A stretch of DNA of 64,000 nt, from contig CAWHHI010000016.1 in NCBI GenBank assembly GCA_963829055.1, positions 64,001 through 128,000 on the forward strand, written 5' to 3'. Below the pieces are notes generated by a model. The model was given only the letters and a program-made list of their open reading frames with translations, had not been told where the DNA came from and did no database searches. Position numbers and translations under genes: made by a program. This document shows positions 41,604 through 53,625 of the stretch, in pieces (positions within the stretch are counted from its first letter, which is position 1; the number at the start of each line of letters is the position of its first letter). The stretch comes from an uncultured Gemmatimonadaceae bacterium. Its GTDB lineage: Bacteria > Gemmatimonadota > Gemmatimonadetes > Gemmatimonadales > Gemmatimonadaceae.

Positions 41604-42608
41604 TCAATTTCGAGGAGCGGCCGGCGCGGCCAATGGCACCGTGACGCTCGCGAAGCTCCGCTGGCCCGGACCTGCATAACGCGCATCGTCCAGACGCACC
41701 GTCGTCGAATCACCAACGGTGAGATCCGCGAACGGAAAGCGCGACCACGACAGGAACCGACGACCATCAGGCGTCGCTCGCGCGGCCGCTGTGATCTCGG
41801 GGGTGATCTTCGGAATTCGCTCCGGCAATGCTTCGTATCGCGGACCTGGCCACCACGTAAGCCGGCCCCGTTCGTAGGAACCGCCCACATCGCGGACGAC
41901 GCTGCGAGTGAACGGCGTCACCGCATCCGGCGCGACCATCACGCGGTCGGCGGCCGAACCACCAGCGGCGACTGCCTGTCGCTCGACGAGCACTCGCCCG
42001 ATCCAGCTCGACCCCGCCATGATCGCGATGTACGTGGCGACCGCGAACACCGCAATGCGCGCGGGGCGGTGCACTCTCGCCATTACCGTCGGCGATGCGG
42101 CGCCTACAGGAACCGCGCGCGCGCGTTGGAGCGAAACGAACGAGCCGACGCCGAGTACGACCCAGACCGACGGGTCGACGATGAAGAGCGTGTCGCCGTA
42201 GAACCAGCGCGACGAGAACGGCATGAGGAGTCGCACGCCGTACGTATTGAGGAGATCGAACAGCGGGTGCGTCCAGATGGAGATGGCCGCCAGCACCAGG
42301 AGTTGTGATGGAATGACCGGCGTACCGACTGGTCGACGCCTTCGCGCGCGACGCGCGTCGCGCGCCTGACCGACCCAGATCATCATGACCGTCAGCAGCA
42401 CCGGCAGGACCACCATCGCGACGACGCCGTGCGTCCACCCGCGGCGGAACTCGAGCGCCGCTGCTCCGCCGCGCACGACGTAGACGATCGCGTCGACATC
42501 GGGCAGATTCGCGCCGATGATCATCGTCGCGGTCGCGAGCCCGGTGCGACGGCGGAATCCCGCGCCCGACAGTGCGGCACCAACGAGCGAGTGGCAGAGG
42601 TTGTCCAC
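41604..42608 (-). CDS. Membrane-bound metal-dependent hydrolase (YdjM-like)
   Basis: MDNLCHSLVG, ANLPDVD, RRGWTHG, HPLFDLLNTYGV. Confidence 0.85.
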   Translation of the reverse strand: MDNLCHSLVGAALSGAGFRRRTGLATATMIIGANLPDVDAIVYVVRGGAAALEFRRGWTHGVVAMVVLPVLLTVMMIWVGQARDARRARRRRPVGTPVIPSQLLVLAAISIWTHPLFDLLNTYGVRLLMPFSSRWFYGDTLFIVDPSVWVVLGVGSFVSLQRARAVPVGAASPTVMARVHRPARIAVFAVATYIAIMAGSSWIGRVLVERQAVAAGGSAADRVMVAPDAVTPFTRSVVRDVGGSYERGRLTWWPGPRYEALPERIPKITPEITAAARATPDGRRFLSWSRFPFADLTVGDSTTVRLDDARYAGPGQRSFASVTVPLAAPAAPRN

Positions 42609-42782
42609 GAAGTCGGGTTGAAGTGAGCGAACAACCTATGCACCTCGGCGAGCGGCGGCAAACGTCGTCGTCGCGCGGCTGTCGACCGCGGTGGCCCGCG
42701 GTCCTAACGTTCGCCTGTGATGGGTCGGCGGACTCCTCCGGCGCGCACGTTAGGCCTTCATGTCAGGCAAGCGACGTGATGA

Positions 42783-44108
<1,326 letters not shown>

Positions 44109-44191
44109 GCGGGGCGGAGTAGATGTGAGGGTCAGCAGACGATCCTTCCGAGCCCCATTCTATCGACAGAGCGCCCGTGGCGCACGCCAGT

Positions 44192-44373
44192 TGTCATTCC
44201 GAGCGGGGGTGTCATTCCGAGCGAGGCCGCAGGCCGCAGGTGCCCTCTGGGCGCATGAGGAATCGCGATCGTCCCGATAGTGGGCCGTCTTCACGGACGA
44301 CAGTCGCGATTCCTCGACTCCGCCGCTCCGCGGCTCCGCTCGGAATGACAGTGACACCCCGCTCGGAATGACA
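44192..44373. repeat. Family A element with duplicated ends
   Basis: tgtcattccgagcg x2 ... gaggaatcgcga/tcgcgattcctc ... gctcggaatgaca x2. Confidence 0.88.
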
Positions 44374-44376
44374 GCC

Positions 44377-45267
44377 TTACCCTGGTCTGATCACCCGGTA
44401 GCGCGCCTGCACGACCTCGTAGGCGCCGTACGCGATCAGTCCAACCGCCACAGCCGCGAGCAGCCACTTCCCAAACGGCTGCTGACCGATCGCGCTCAAC
44501 GCCTCGCCCGTGTCCGCCGCCTTGTTCGCGTTGTGCGCCATGCCCGCGCGCACGAGGTACGCGCCGATTACCGCGAACACGACACCACGTGCGCCGATGC
44601 CGACGCGACAGATCTTGATGGCCCACGATCCCGCCTCGCGCGACAGACGCGATAGATCGAGCTGCTTACTGAGCTTGGCGGCCCACGCGCGGTACACCTG
44701 ATACAACCCGTAACCCGCAACCACGAGCCCGCCGCCCATCACGAGCCAGGGTCCGAACGGCGCGTCGAGCACTCGGCCAGTCCACTCCTCGACCGCTTGT
44801 CCACTGCCACCGCCGCGCGCACTGCCCATCGCGAGTCGAACCGCCTGCACGCCAAGCACCGCGTGCACGATCCCGCGCACCACGTTGCTCGCGCGAAGCG
44901 CGATACCCTTCGCGGAATTGCCGCGTCGCTCAGGGTCGAGGATCCCGTCGATGATGCGCCACGCCGCATAGCCGAACAGTCCGGCCGCGATCACCACGAG
45001 AATGATCGCGCCGTAGCGATGCCTGACGAGTGTCGCCAATGCGCCGCGTGAGCCCGTGGTGCGTCCGCCGTCTCCGAGCGCCGCCTGGAGCGCGAGCACG
45101 CCGACGATCGAGTACAGGATCGCCTTGCCGGCATAGCCGACGCGCGCGAGTCGCTCGATCCATGGCGCCGCCGGCGCGATTGCCTCACGCGCGGCCGCCG
45201 ATGTCGCCGCGGCGGCGCTCGGTTGGAACTTCGGGACGGACGCTGCGGGACGGCTCATGGTCGCCAC
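44377..45267 (-). CDS. DUF1206 membrane protein
   Basis: LARVGYAGK, GLFGYAAWR, PFGPWLV, VGIGARGVVF, PFGKWLL. Confidence 0.85.
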   Translation of the reverse strand: MATMSRPAASVPKFQPSAAAATSAAAREAIAPAAPWIERLARVGYAGKAILYSIVGVLALQAALGDGGRTTGSRGALATLVRHRYGAIILVVIAAGLFGYAAWRIIDGILDPERRGNSAKGIALRASNVVRGIVHAVLGVQAVRLAMGSARGGGSGQAVEEWTGRVLDAPFGPWLVMGGGLVVAGYGLYQVYRAWAAKLSKQLDLSRLSREAGSWAIKICRVGIGARGVVFAVIGAYLVRAGMAHNANKAADTGEALSAIGQQPFGKWLLAAVAVGLIAYGAYEVVQARYRVIRPG

Positions 45268-45334
45268 ATGTGGCAGGCGGCGTGCCGCGAGCGCGGCTGA
45301 CGCGAGCCGACACGCCGCGGCCGGCGCTATCGCG

Positions 45335-45922
45335 TTATGTGCGCGGCGTTATGGATGGCGCGCGCGCTGCGGGAACGCCGGTCACGCCGCCCGAGACGAT
45401 GAACGCCATGACGTCCGCGCTCGCGGCATTGAGCGGTTCGAGCGCCGTCGACGGAAATACGACGAGGTTTCCCGCGAAGTTGTACGACTGCGGGAAGTAC
45501 ACCGATGAGTATCCCGGCAGACCAAGTCGGTCGAGCGATTCCTGCGTCACGAAGCCGACCATGCGCGCGTCGGTGTGTGCGCTCATGCGTACGAGCACCG
45601 GCTTGTCGAAGCGCCGCTTCTCGCCGACGAACGCGTTGAGCAGATCCTTCGTCGACGTGTAGAGCAGGCGCACGAACGGGAGTCGCCCCAGCACCTGGTC
45701 CACGACGGCGACCAGGCCGCGCGTGATGAGGTTGGAGCCGAGTCCCCCGACGAGCGTGATGATCACGATCGTGAGGAGGAACCCCAGCCCAGGCACCGGA
45801 AGGCCGAGCCATCCGTCGATGCGCTCGAAGATCACCCAGCAGACGTAGAGGGTGATCGCGAGCGGCGCGACGAGCACGAGCCCGCGCAGAAAGTAGTTGA
45901 GCAGCCTGACGCATGGTCCCAA
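45335..45922 (-). CDS. DUF502 membrane protein (true ATG probably ~45914)
   Basis: YFLRGL...PLAIT, LPFVRLLYTSTKDL, YFPQSYNFAG, FIVSGG. Confidence 0.85.
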   Translation of the reverse strand: MGPCVRLLNYFLRGLVLVAPLAITLYVCWVIFERIDGWLGLPVPGLGFLLTIVIITLVGGLGSNLITRGLVAVVDQVLGRLPFVRLLYTSTKDLLNAFVGEKRRFDKPVLVRMSAHTDARMVGFVTQESLDRLGLPGYSSVYFPQSYNFAGNLVVFPSTALEPLNAASADVMAFIVSGGVTGVPAARAPSITPRT

Positions 45923-46015
45923 TGATAATCGAGCGAGTCATCACGCGACCGGCGTGTGGCGTTCGTCACCGGAGGCCGCCTTCCTCAGGCCTCGACTCGC
46001 CATACATTTGCCGCC

Positions 46016-47041
46016 ATGACTTCGGCAATCCAGACGCGCGCGCTGAGAAAGGAGTATCCTGCGCCCACCGCGCGACGCGGGCGCGGGTCTTCAGTTGGCC
46101 CGCCACCCGCGCCCACGCCGGGAGTGCGCCCCGGAGGTGCGCGCGGCGGGCCCATCGTCGCGCTCGATGCTCTCGACCTCGATGTCGAGCAGGGCGAGTT
46201 CTTCGGACTGCTCGGACCGAACGGCGCGGGAAAGACCACGACCATCGGAATCCTAACGACGCGAGTACGCGCCACGTCCGGCATGGCGAGCGTCGCCGGC
46301 GCGGACGTCATCCGGGACGACGTCCGCGTTCGTCAGCGCATCGGCGTCGTTCCCCAGCGACCGAATCCCGATCGCAGTCTCAACGCCATCGAGAATCTCG
46401 AATTCCACGCCGCGTACTTCGGCATTCCGCTCGGCACCGCGTCGCGTCGTGCGCACGAGCTGCTCGAGAAGTTAGGCATCGGCGAGAAGCAGAACGCGAA
46501 GGTGGACGAGCTCTCCGGGGGACAACAGCAGCGGCTGATGATCGCGCGTGCGCTCATCCACGAGCCGCGCGTGTTGTTTCTCGACGAGCCGACTGTGGGG
46601 CTCGACCCGCAGGCGCGACTCGCGTTATGGGATATCCTCCGTGACCTGCACGCGCAGGGCCGCACGATCGTGATGACGACGCACTACATGGAGGAAGCGG
46701 ATCAGCTCTGCGATCGTCTCGCGATCATCGATCAGGGCCGGCTGCTCGCGTGCGATACGCCGGATCACCTGCGGGCGCAGGCGCCGGGTGGGACGCTCGT
46801 CGAGCTTACGCTCGATGGCGACGCGGAAGCGGCGGCGCAGGCCGCTCGAAGTATTCCTGGTGTTCAGCGCGCTGAAGGACGGCAGGCGGCGCTCCGCGCG
46901 TACAGCGATCGCGGCGGCGAGCTGATTCCAGCGCTCATCCGTGTCGCGGAAGCACAGGGCCGAACGGTGAAGAACATCAATCTCGCCACACCGAGTCTCG
47001 AGACGCTGTTCATCTCGCTCACGGGGAGGAAACTCGATTGA
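46016..47041 (+). CDS. ABC-2 exporter ATP-binding protein
   Basis: GPNGAGKTT, LSGGQ, FLDEPT, TTHYMEEA. Confidence 0.93.
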   Translation: MTSAIQTRALRKEYPAPTARRGRGSSVGPPPAPTPGVRPGGARGGPIVALDALDLDVEQGEFFGLLGPNGAGKTTTIGILTTRVRATSGMASVAGADVIRDDVRVRQRIGVVPQRPNPDRSLNAIENLEFHAAYFGIPLGTASRRAHELLEKLGIGEKQNAKVDELSGGQQQRLMIARALIHEPRVLFLDEPTVGLDPQARLALWDILRDLHAQGRTIVMTTHYMEEADQLCDRLAIIDQGRLLACDTPDHLRAQAPGGTLVELTLDGDAEAAAQAARSIPGVQRAEGRQAALRAYSDRGGELIPALIRVAEAQGRTVKNINLATPSLETLFISLTGRKLD

Positions 47042-47880
47042 CGGTGACTGCATCGACGGCGCCTCGCGACGCCACTCTCGCACCCGATGACGCGAGCGAT
47101 CGCGCAGTATCATCGGCTGCCGTGTTCGGCGCGCTCTTTCGCCGCGATCTTCGCGTCGCACGGCGCGAGCTCCCGTACTTTCTCGTCCGCACGCTGATGC
47201 AGCCCGTGCTGTTCATCATCGTGTTCGGCTATCTGCTGCCGAAGATGGGCTTCGTGCGCGGCGGCTATACGACGGCGCTGCTCCCCGGCATTCTTGCGGT
47301 AAGCCTCGCGCTGTCGGCGGTGCAGGCGGTCTCGCTGCCGATGGTGCAGGATTTCGGCTGGACGCGCGAGATCGAGGATCGCCTGCTCGCGCCAGTCGCG
47401 ACGCCACTGATCGCGAACGAGAAAGTCGTCGCCGGCGCGGTGCAGGGAATCATCTCGGCCATCGTCGTGTTTCCGATCGCGCGGCTCATCATGGGTCCGA
47501 TCCCCGGCCTGACGCTCGCGCACGTCTTGCCATTCGTCGCGATCACCGCGCTCGGTGCGCTGACGTTCTCGGCGATGGGCCTGCTCATGGGCACCGCGAT
47601 CGCGCCACAGCAGATCGGTCTCATGTTCAGCATCATCATCGCGCCGATGCTGATGTTCGGCTGTGCGTACTACCCGTGGCGCGGTCTCGATCGTGTGCCC
47701 GTGATCAAGTACCTGGTGCTGGTGAACCCACTCGTGTATGTGGCCGAAGGAATGCGGGGCGCGATCACGCCGGAGGTGCCACACATGCCGCTGCTCGCGT
47801 CGTCGGGGGCGCTGGTGCTGCTCGCGGGCGTGTTCTGGTACTGGGGTCGCCGCACGTTCCTGAAGAAAGCGCTCGGCTAG
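47038..47880 (+). CDS. ABC-2 exporter permease
   Basis: Multiple TM helices, EIEDRLLAP, NPLVYVAEGMR; coupled to the ATPase. Confidence 0.9.
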   Translation: MTVTASTAPRDATLAPDDASDRAVSSAAVFGALFRRDLRVARRELPYFLVRTLMQPVLFIIVFGYLLPKMGFVRGGYTTALLPGILAVSLALSAVQAVSLPMVQDFGWTREIEDRLLAPVATPLIANEKVVAGAVQGIISAIVVFPIARLIMGPIPGLTLAHVLPFVAITALGALTFSAMGLLMGTAIAPQQIGLMFSIIIAPMLMFGCAYYPWRGLDRVPVIKYLVLVNPLVYVAEGMRGAITPEVPHMPLLASSGALVLLAGVFWYWGRRTFLKKALG

Positions 47881-47882
47881 GC

Positions 47883-48069
47883 TGTCATTCCGAGCGAAGG
47901 CCCGAAGGGCCGCAGTCGAGGATCCCTGTCATTCCGAGCGGAGGCCGCAGGCCGGAGTCGAGGAATCGTGCGGTTCCCGGTAGAGGGCACTCTACCCGCA
48001 CGATCGCGATTCCTCGACTCGCTTCGCTCGCTCGGAATGACACGGCTCTGCCGCTCCGCTCGGAATGAC
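47883..48069. repeat. Family A element
   Basis: Near reverse complement of 155-269; extra end copies. Confidence 0.9.
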
Positions 48070-48113
48070 GACCGCATTGGTGCAGGGGTGAGCGGGATAT
48101 AGAATTCCGCACT

Positions 48114-50075
48114 ATGGCGACGACACAGATTCCTCCGACGACCAGCGACGACAAGCCCGCTCCTGCCTGGTCGATCGACTCCGCGCGCGAGCTCTACAAC
48201 ATCGAGGGCTGGGGCGCCGGCTACTTCGACATCAACGACGTCGGACACGTCGTCGTGCGGCCCGACCGCGATCGACCAAACCGCGCGCTCGATCTGCACG
48301 ATCTCGCGCGCGATCTGGAAGAGCAGGGCGTCGCGTTGCCCGTGTTGCTCCGCTTCTCGGACATTCTCCAGTCGCGCATCGAGTCGCTGAGCGAGCGATT
48401 CCAGTCGGCGATCAAGGAGTTCGAGTACCAGGGCGAATACACGTCGGTCTACCCGATCAAGGTCAACCAGCAGCGCCACGTCGTCGAGGAGATCGTCGAG
48501 TTCGGCAAGGCGCACGGCGTCGGCCTCGAATGCGGATCCAAGCCCGAGCTGCAGGCGGTGCTCGCCCTGAGCGAGTCGACCGACCACATCATCGTCTGCA
48601 ACGGCTACAAGGACGAGGAGTTCATGCGCCTCGCCATGATGGGCCAGAAGCTCGGCCACAAGGTCTTCATCGTGCTCGAGCAGCTGAGCGAGCTGGATGT
48701 GCTCCTGCAGGCCGCCGACGACCTCGGCGTGACGCCGGTCGCCGGCGTGCGGATCAAGCTCGTCGCCGAAGGCGCGGGCCGGTGGGCGCAGAGCGGCGGC
48801 GAGAAGTCGAAGTTCGGGCTCAACGCGGCGCAGCTCATGAAGCTCATCGAGCGACTTCGCTCGTTAGGCCGCATCGACATCCTGAAGCTCATTCACTTCC
48901 ATATCGGGAGTCAGGTCACCGACATCCGCTACATCAAGAGCGCGCTGCAGGAAGTGTCGCGCTACTACGCGGAGATCCGGAAAGCGGGCGTGGACATCAC
49001 GCACGTGGACGTCGGCGGCGGACTCGGCGTCGACTACGATGGCACGGCGTCGACGTCGCACGCGAGCGTCAACTACTCGCTGCAGGAATACGCGAACGAC
49101 GTCATCTACACCATCGCCGAGATGTGCCGGGATCAGGAGCTTCCGATGCCGCACATCATCAGCGAGTCGGGGCGTGCGCTCACGGCGCATCACGCGCTGC
49201 TGTTGCTCAAGGTGATCGACGTCGAGTCACAGGCCGAGCCGCCGCTTCCGGACATTACGGAAGACGATCACTCGCTGCTGCACGAGATGCTCGCGGACTG
49301 TCAGACGCTCGCGAAGAAGAACGTGCGCTCGCGGAAGATTCTCGAGGTCTATCACGACGCGACGTTCGACAAGGAGCGCGCGCAGCAGCTGTTCAACAGC
49401 GGTGTGCTGTCGCTGCGCGAGCGGGCAATGGCGGAGACGATCTACTTCGCCACGATCAACCGGATCGCGCGTTATGCGGAGAGCGACCGGGACAAGTTCG
49501 AGGAGATCATCAAGGAGCTCGACGCCGCGCTGGTCGATCGGTACTTCTGCAACTTCTCGCTGTTCCAGTCGCTCCCGGACAGCTGGGCAATCGATCAGCT
49601 GTTCCCGATCATGCCGATTCACCGGCTGGACGAGGAGCCGACGCGCCGCGGCACCCTGCAGGACGTGACGTGCGACTCGGATGGCAAGATCGACCGCTTC
49701 GTCGGCGACAAGAACGGTCGTCCGAGCATGGAGCTCCACGACTTCCGCGACGAGGATGACTACATGTTAGGCATCTTCCTCACGGGGGCGTACCAGGAGA
49801 TCCTGGGCGACCTGCACAACCTGTTCGGGGACACGAACGCGGTGCACATCAAGATCACGGACTCGGGCTACGAGATCACGGACCTCGTGCACGGCGACAC
49901 GGTGACGGAGGTCCTGAACTACGTGCAGTTCGGCGCGTCGAACCTGCTCGCGACGTTTCGCCGCAAGGTGAGCGCGGCAAAGAACATCTCCAGGCAAGAG
50001 GCCAACACGTTCATCGCCGAGTACGTCGCAGGACTGGAAGGCTATACGTATCTCGAAGGCGAGGCCGCGCGTTAG
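48114..50075 (+). CDS. speA: Biosynthetic arginine decarboxylase
   Basis: YPIKVNQ, GLECGSKPEL, CNGYKD, HFHIGSQ, DVGGGLGVDYDG, TCDSDG, GAYQEILGDLHNLFGD. Confidence 0.97.
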   Translation: MATTQIPPTTSDDKPAPAWSIDSARELYNIEGWGAGYFDINDVGHVVVRPDRDRPNRALDLHDLARDLEEQGVALPVLLRFSDILQSRIESLSERFQSAIKEFEYQGEYTSVYPIKVNQQRHVVEEIVEFGKAHGVGLECGSKPELQAVLALSESTDHIIVCNGYKDEEFMRLAMMGQKLGHKVFIVLEQLSELDVLLQAADDLGVTPVAGVRIKLVAEGAGRWAQSGGEKSKFGLNAAQLMKLIERLRSLGRIDILKLIHFHIGSQVTDIRYIKSALQEVSRYYAEIRKAGVDITHVDVGGGLGVDYDGTASTSHASVNYSLQEYANDVIYTIAEMCRDQELPMPHIISESGRALTAHHALLLLKVIDVESQAEPPLPDITEDDHSLLHEMLADCQTLAKKNVRSRKILEVYHDATFDKERAQQLFNSGVLSLRERAMAETIYFATINRIARYAESDRDKFEEIIKELDAALVDRYFCNFSLFQSLPDSWAIDQLFPIMPIHRLDEEPTRRGTLQDVTCDSDGKIDRFVGDKNGRPSMELHDFRDEDDYMLGIFLTGAYQEILGDLHNLFGDTNAVHIKITDSGYEITDLVHGDTVTEVLNYVQFGASNLLATFRRKVSAAKNISRQEANTFIAEYVAGLEGYTYLEGEAAR

Positions 50076-50086
50076 CAACTGCAGCA

Positions 50087-50256
50087 GCTGGTTGCTGGGT
50101 GCTCGTGCTTGTTGCTGGGTGACGCTGGTGAAGTGCGAAGGGCGCGAACGGACAGCAACGGGGTCCGAGTCGATTCGACTCGGACCCCGTTCGTCGTTCG
50201 CGCGTTGCACTTCAGCGTCACCCAGCAACAAGCACACGCACCCAGCAACCAGCTGG
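50087..50256. repeat. Family C element forming a ~170-bp imperfect palindrome
   Basis: Outer gctggttgctggg/cccagcaaccagc arms; core aacggggtccgagtcga-t-tcgactcggaccccgtt. Confidence 0.88.
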
Positions 50257-50260
50257 CAGT

Positions 50261-50872
50261 TTACCTGCCGAAGCGTTGTTCGACTTCACGCCAGTTGACG
50301 ACGTTCCACCATGCATTGAGATAGTCTGGCCGACGGTTCTGATACTTGAGGTAGTACGCGTGCTCCCACACGTCGCAGCCGAGGAGCACATCGCCCGCCT
50401 TTTTGCCGTCCATCAGCGGGTTGTCCTGGTTAGGCGAGCTCGTGATGGCGAGGTTGGCGCCGTCGCGCACCAGCCACGCCCAGCCTGAGCCGAAGCGGCC
50501 AACGCCCGCCGCGTTGAACTGCTCCTTGAGCTTCGCGAAGCCGCCGAACGCGCGGTCGATCGCCGCCGCCAGCGCACCGGACGGCTCGCCGCCGGCGTTA
50601 GGCGCCATGATCTGCCAGAAGAACGAGTGGTTCCAGTGTCCGCCACCGTTGTTGCGCACCGCGCCGCGCACCGCTTCCGGCACCGCGTTGAGATTCGACA
50701 GCAGCTCCTCGAGGCTCTTGTTCGCGAGCTCGGGCGCCTTCTCGAGCGCGGCATTCAGGTTGTTGACGTACGCCTGATGATGCTTGCCGTGGTGGATCTG
50801 CATCGTCTGCGCGTCGATGCTGGGCTCGAGCGCGTCGGGGGCGTACGGAAGCGGCGGTAAAGTATGAGCCAT
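50261..50872 (-). CDS. sodA: Superoxide dismutase, Mn-type signature
   Basis: [32 protein letters not shown]. Confidence 0.93.
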   Translation of the reverse strand: MAHTLPPLPYAPDALEPSIDAQTMQIHHGKHHQAYVNNLNAALEKAPELANKSLEELLSNLNAVPEAVRGAVRNNGGGHWNHSFFWQIMAPNAGGEPSGALAAAIDRAFGGFAKLKEQFNAAGVGRFGSGWAWLVRDGANLAITSSPNQDNPLMDGKKAGDVLLGCDVWEHAYYLKYQNRRPDYLNAWWNVVNWREVEQRFGR

Positions 50873-50910
50873 CGTGCTTGGTCTCCGTGACAAGGACGTG
50901 CCGAAAGCGA

Positions 50911-51012
50911 TAGCTGGTGGCTGGGTGGTCGTGCTGGTGGCTGGGTGACGCTGGATGCCGGCTGGGTGCTCCACTCAGCGTCACCCAGCAACAAGCATCG
51001 CTACAAGCTACC
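50911..51012. repeat. Family C element
   Basis: Reverse-complement relative of 9108-9212; overlaps the dedA stop. Confidence 0.83.
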
Positions 51013-51651
51013 AGCCTCGGGCTGGCTTGGCGCTGCTTTCCGCTCGCTCAACCAGGAGATGATGCCGGGCAGAATCGAGAGGAAGATAACGACGATGATG
51101 ACTTTCTCTATGTGCTTGTCGATCCCCGGCACCATCCGGCCCAGGAAGTAGCCGATGAACAACATGCTCCAGATCCAGACAGTACCGCCGAGCACGCTGT
51201 AGGTCAGGAACGTGCGGTAAGACATTCGTGCGACTCCAGCCACGAGTGGCGCGAACGTCCGGATGATCGGCATGAATCGCGCAAGCACGATCGTCTTGGC
51301 GCCGTGCTTCTCGTAAAACTCATGGGCTCGCTCCACGTGACGGCGCCGGAAGAACAGCGACTCCTCACGCGTGAACACCTTGGGACCCATGAACCTGCCG
51401 ATCCAATAGTTCGTGTTATCGCCGACCACCGCTGCGATGTTGAGCAGCAGACCGAGCAGGTATACGTCGAGGCTGAATCCTTGCGAGGCCAGCAGGCCAG
51501 CCGTCACGAGCAGCGAATCGCCAGGCAGAAAAAAACCGAAAAACAACCCCGTTTCGACAAAGATGATCGCGGTGAGTCCAACGTATCCGGCCCATTGGAT
51601 GAGCGCAGGAAGATCGCCAAGGCGGTGGATCAGGTCTGACAGCGTGTCCAT
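51001..51651 (-). CDS. dedA: DedA/VTT family membrane protein
   Basis: FVETG...LPGDSLL, GDNTNYWIGR, ARFMPIIRTF. Confidence 0.92.
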   Translation of the reverse strand: MDTLSDLIHRLGDLPALIQWAGYVGLTAIIFVETGLFFGFFLPGDSLLVTAGLLASQGFSLDVYLLGLLLNIAAVVGDNTNYWIGRFMGPKVFTREESLFFRRRHVERAHEFYEKHGAKTIVLARFMPIIRTFAPLVAGVARMSYRTFLTYSVLGGTVWIWSMLFIGYFLGRMVPGIDKHIEKVIIVVIFLSILPGIISWLSERKAAPSQPEAGSL

Positions 51652-51765
51652 GTGGGCGCAGGAGAGAGTGAACGAGCCGGTGGAAGTTCAGCGGCTCGGT
51701 GCTGTGGGTCAACGCCAATGCGGGATTGATACCGGCGAGCGCGCAAATCGCGGAGGCGCGGCCAC

Positions 51766-53076
51766 ATGAAGCGTGACGACGGAAGCCTGACGACAGGCAC
51801 GAAACAGCGCGGTGGCGTCTCAGGCGAGCACGACATCGCGCACCTCTGGCAGGCGTTCTCCCACGCCGTCGAGCATGCACTGCAACTGCCCGCACCGGCC
51901 CGCAGCCGCTGGCATCGCGCCGGCGTCGGCACGCGCACCGAGCGTGCGCTCGACGTCCTGTTCGGCGCCGTCCTCCTCACATTCGCCGCCGGGTGGACGT
52001 GGTCGATCGCCGACGCGCGCGCCGCAGGAGGCCCGCTCGATGACACCACGACCGCTGCCACGGCGTCGATCGGAGCGGCGCTGACGGACCCGGACGCGCC
52101 CACGATCGCCTACCTCACGGACGCGACGGTCGATCTCGTCACGCCACTCCGCGGTGAGAGCGGCCGCCTCAAGGCCGTCGTCGGCAAGGCAGGGCAGCCG
52201 ATTGTCGAGGACACGCTCCCCGCGGGCGCCACGATCACGTATTCGACCGCCGGGGACGTTCGCGACTCCACCCGAGCCACCGCGCCATCCTCGGCCCCGT
52301 TAGGCACCACCGCGCCGAGCACGAAGCCGGATTCGATGCTCGCGACCGACTCGACCCGCGTGCCGCTCGCGCCGGCGGAATCGGGCGTCTGGACGACGGC
52401 GCTGCGCGTCGGCAGTGTGCTCAAGCAGGTCACCGACTTCAGCGTGATCACCCTAACGCCGCTCTCCGAGCGCCGGCGCGGACGCATTGGCCTCTATTAC
52501 ATCGGCACGTGGCCAACCGAGCGTGGACGTCGCCGCTCCGGCTACACGACGCCGTCCGGCTTCATCGAGGTCACCGCCGAGAACCAGGACACCCCGCTGT
52601 CCGACCACTTCGCGCTCGGCGATTTCCTCACACACGATCAACAGAACGTGTGGCCGAAGTACCTCGTGCTCGACCTCCGACTCGTCGACAAGCTCGAGCT
52701 GGTGCTGCTCGACCTCGAGCAGCACGGCTACGCGACGAACGGCGTGACCGTCATGAGCGGCTTTCGCACGCCGCAGTACAACGTGAGCGGCGGTGACCCG
52801 AGCGGCCGCGCGACGCTCAGCCGCCATATGTACGGCGACGCGTCCGACATCCTCATCGACAACGACGGCAACGGATGGATGGATGATCTCAATCACGACG
52901 GAAAGCTGAACATCAAGGACGCGGAAGTGGTGCTCGCGGCGGTGGATCGCGTGGAGCGCGAACATCCGGGGCTGATCGGCGGCGCAGGCGTCTACCCGGC
53001 CGAAAGCGGCCACGGACCTTTCATTCACATCGACGTGCGGGGCTATCGCGCCCGCTGGATCGGAACGGGAGAATGA
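51766..53076 (+). CDS. Membrane-anchored peptidase M15A/YcbK-like protein
   Basis: SGFRTP.YN, SRHMYGDASD, FIHIDVRG zinc motifs; N-terminal TM. Confidence 0.82.
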   Translation: MKRDDGSLTTGTKQRGGVSGEHDIAHLWQAFSHAVEHALQLPAPARSRWHRAGVGTRTERALDVLFGAVLLTFAAGWTWSIADARAAGGPLDDTTTAATASIGAALTDPDAPTIAYLTDATVDLVTPLRGESGRLKAVVGKAGQPIVEDTLPAGATITYSTAGDVRDSTRATAPSSAPLGTTAPSTKPDSMLATDSTRVPLAPAESGVWTTALRVGSVLKQVTDFSVITLTPLSERRRGRIGLYYIGTWPTERGRRRSGYTTPSGFIEVTAENQDTPLSDHFALGDFLTHDQQNVWPKYLVLDLRLVDKLELVLLDLEQHGYATNGVTVMSGFRTPQYNVSGGDPSGRATLSRHMYGDASDILIDNDGNGWMDDLNHDGKLNIKDAEVVLAAVDRVEREHPGLIGGAGVYPAESGHGPFIHIDVRGYRARWIGTGE

Positions 53077-53078
53077 CC

Positions 53079-53546
53079 ATGAGCCCAGACACTGCGGAAC
53101 TTGCGCCGGGCGACGGCGTCGACACGGCGCGCGAAGACAATGTCGCGCGCCGTCACCACGACCCGGATGCGCGAACTCACGTCCGAGCGAGCGACATCGA
53201 GCCGTACATCGGCCTGCGCTACCTCTCGAAGCTGTTTCGCTTCATGGCGATCATCCTCGTGCTGCTGTTGCTCGCCGAGGTGGTCACGGGCCTGATGAAG
53301 CAGGGGCGTACGGCGATTCCAACGCTCCTGGGCGAGATGAGTCGCCTCATCGTCCTCGCGGGACTGCTCTGGGGCACAGGTGATCTCGCGATCCTGCTGA
53401 TCGACGTTGGCCACGACGTGCGCGCCGCGCGCATCCTGCTCGGACGGCAGATCGCGCATCAAGGGCTCGATCAGCCACACGCGGAGCCGCCCGATCAGCG
53501 GCCGGATTCGTCGCCTCGACGGAATCCCGAGATTACGAGACGGTAG
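53079..53546 (+). CDS. Hypothetical membrane protein
   Basis: Two hydrophobic segments; coupled to the M15 gene. Confidence 0.7.
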   Translation: MSPDTAELAPGDGVDTAREDNVARRHHDPDARTHVRASDIEPYIGLRYLSKLFRFMAIILVLLLLAEVVTGLMKQGRTAIPTLLGEMSRLIVLAGLLWGTGDLAILLIDVGHDVRAARILLGRQIAHQGLDQPHAEPPDQRPDSSPRRNPEITRR

Positions 53547-53625
53547 GCGACAGAGCGGCCGCGCTCGATTGCGGTACGACAGTTGCTTTGGATGAGCTGT
53601 ACAACACTCCCCACGAGGGCCGACG

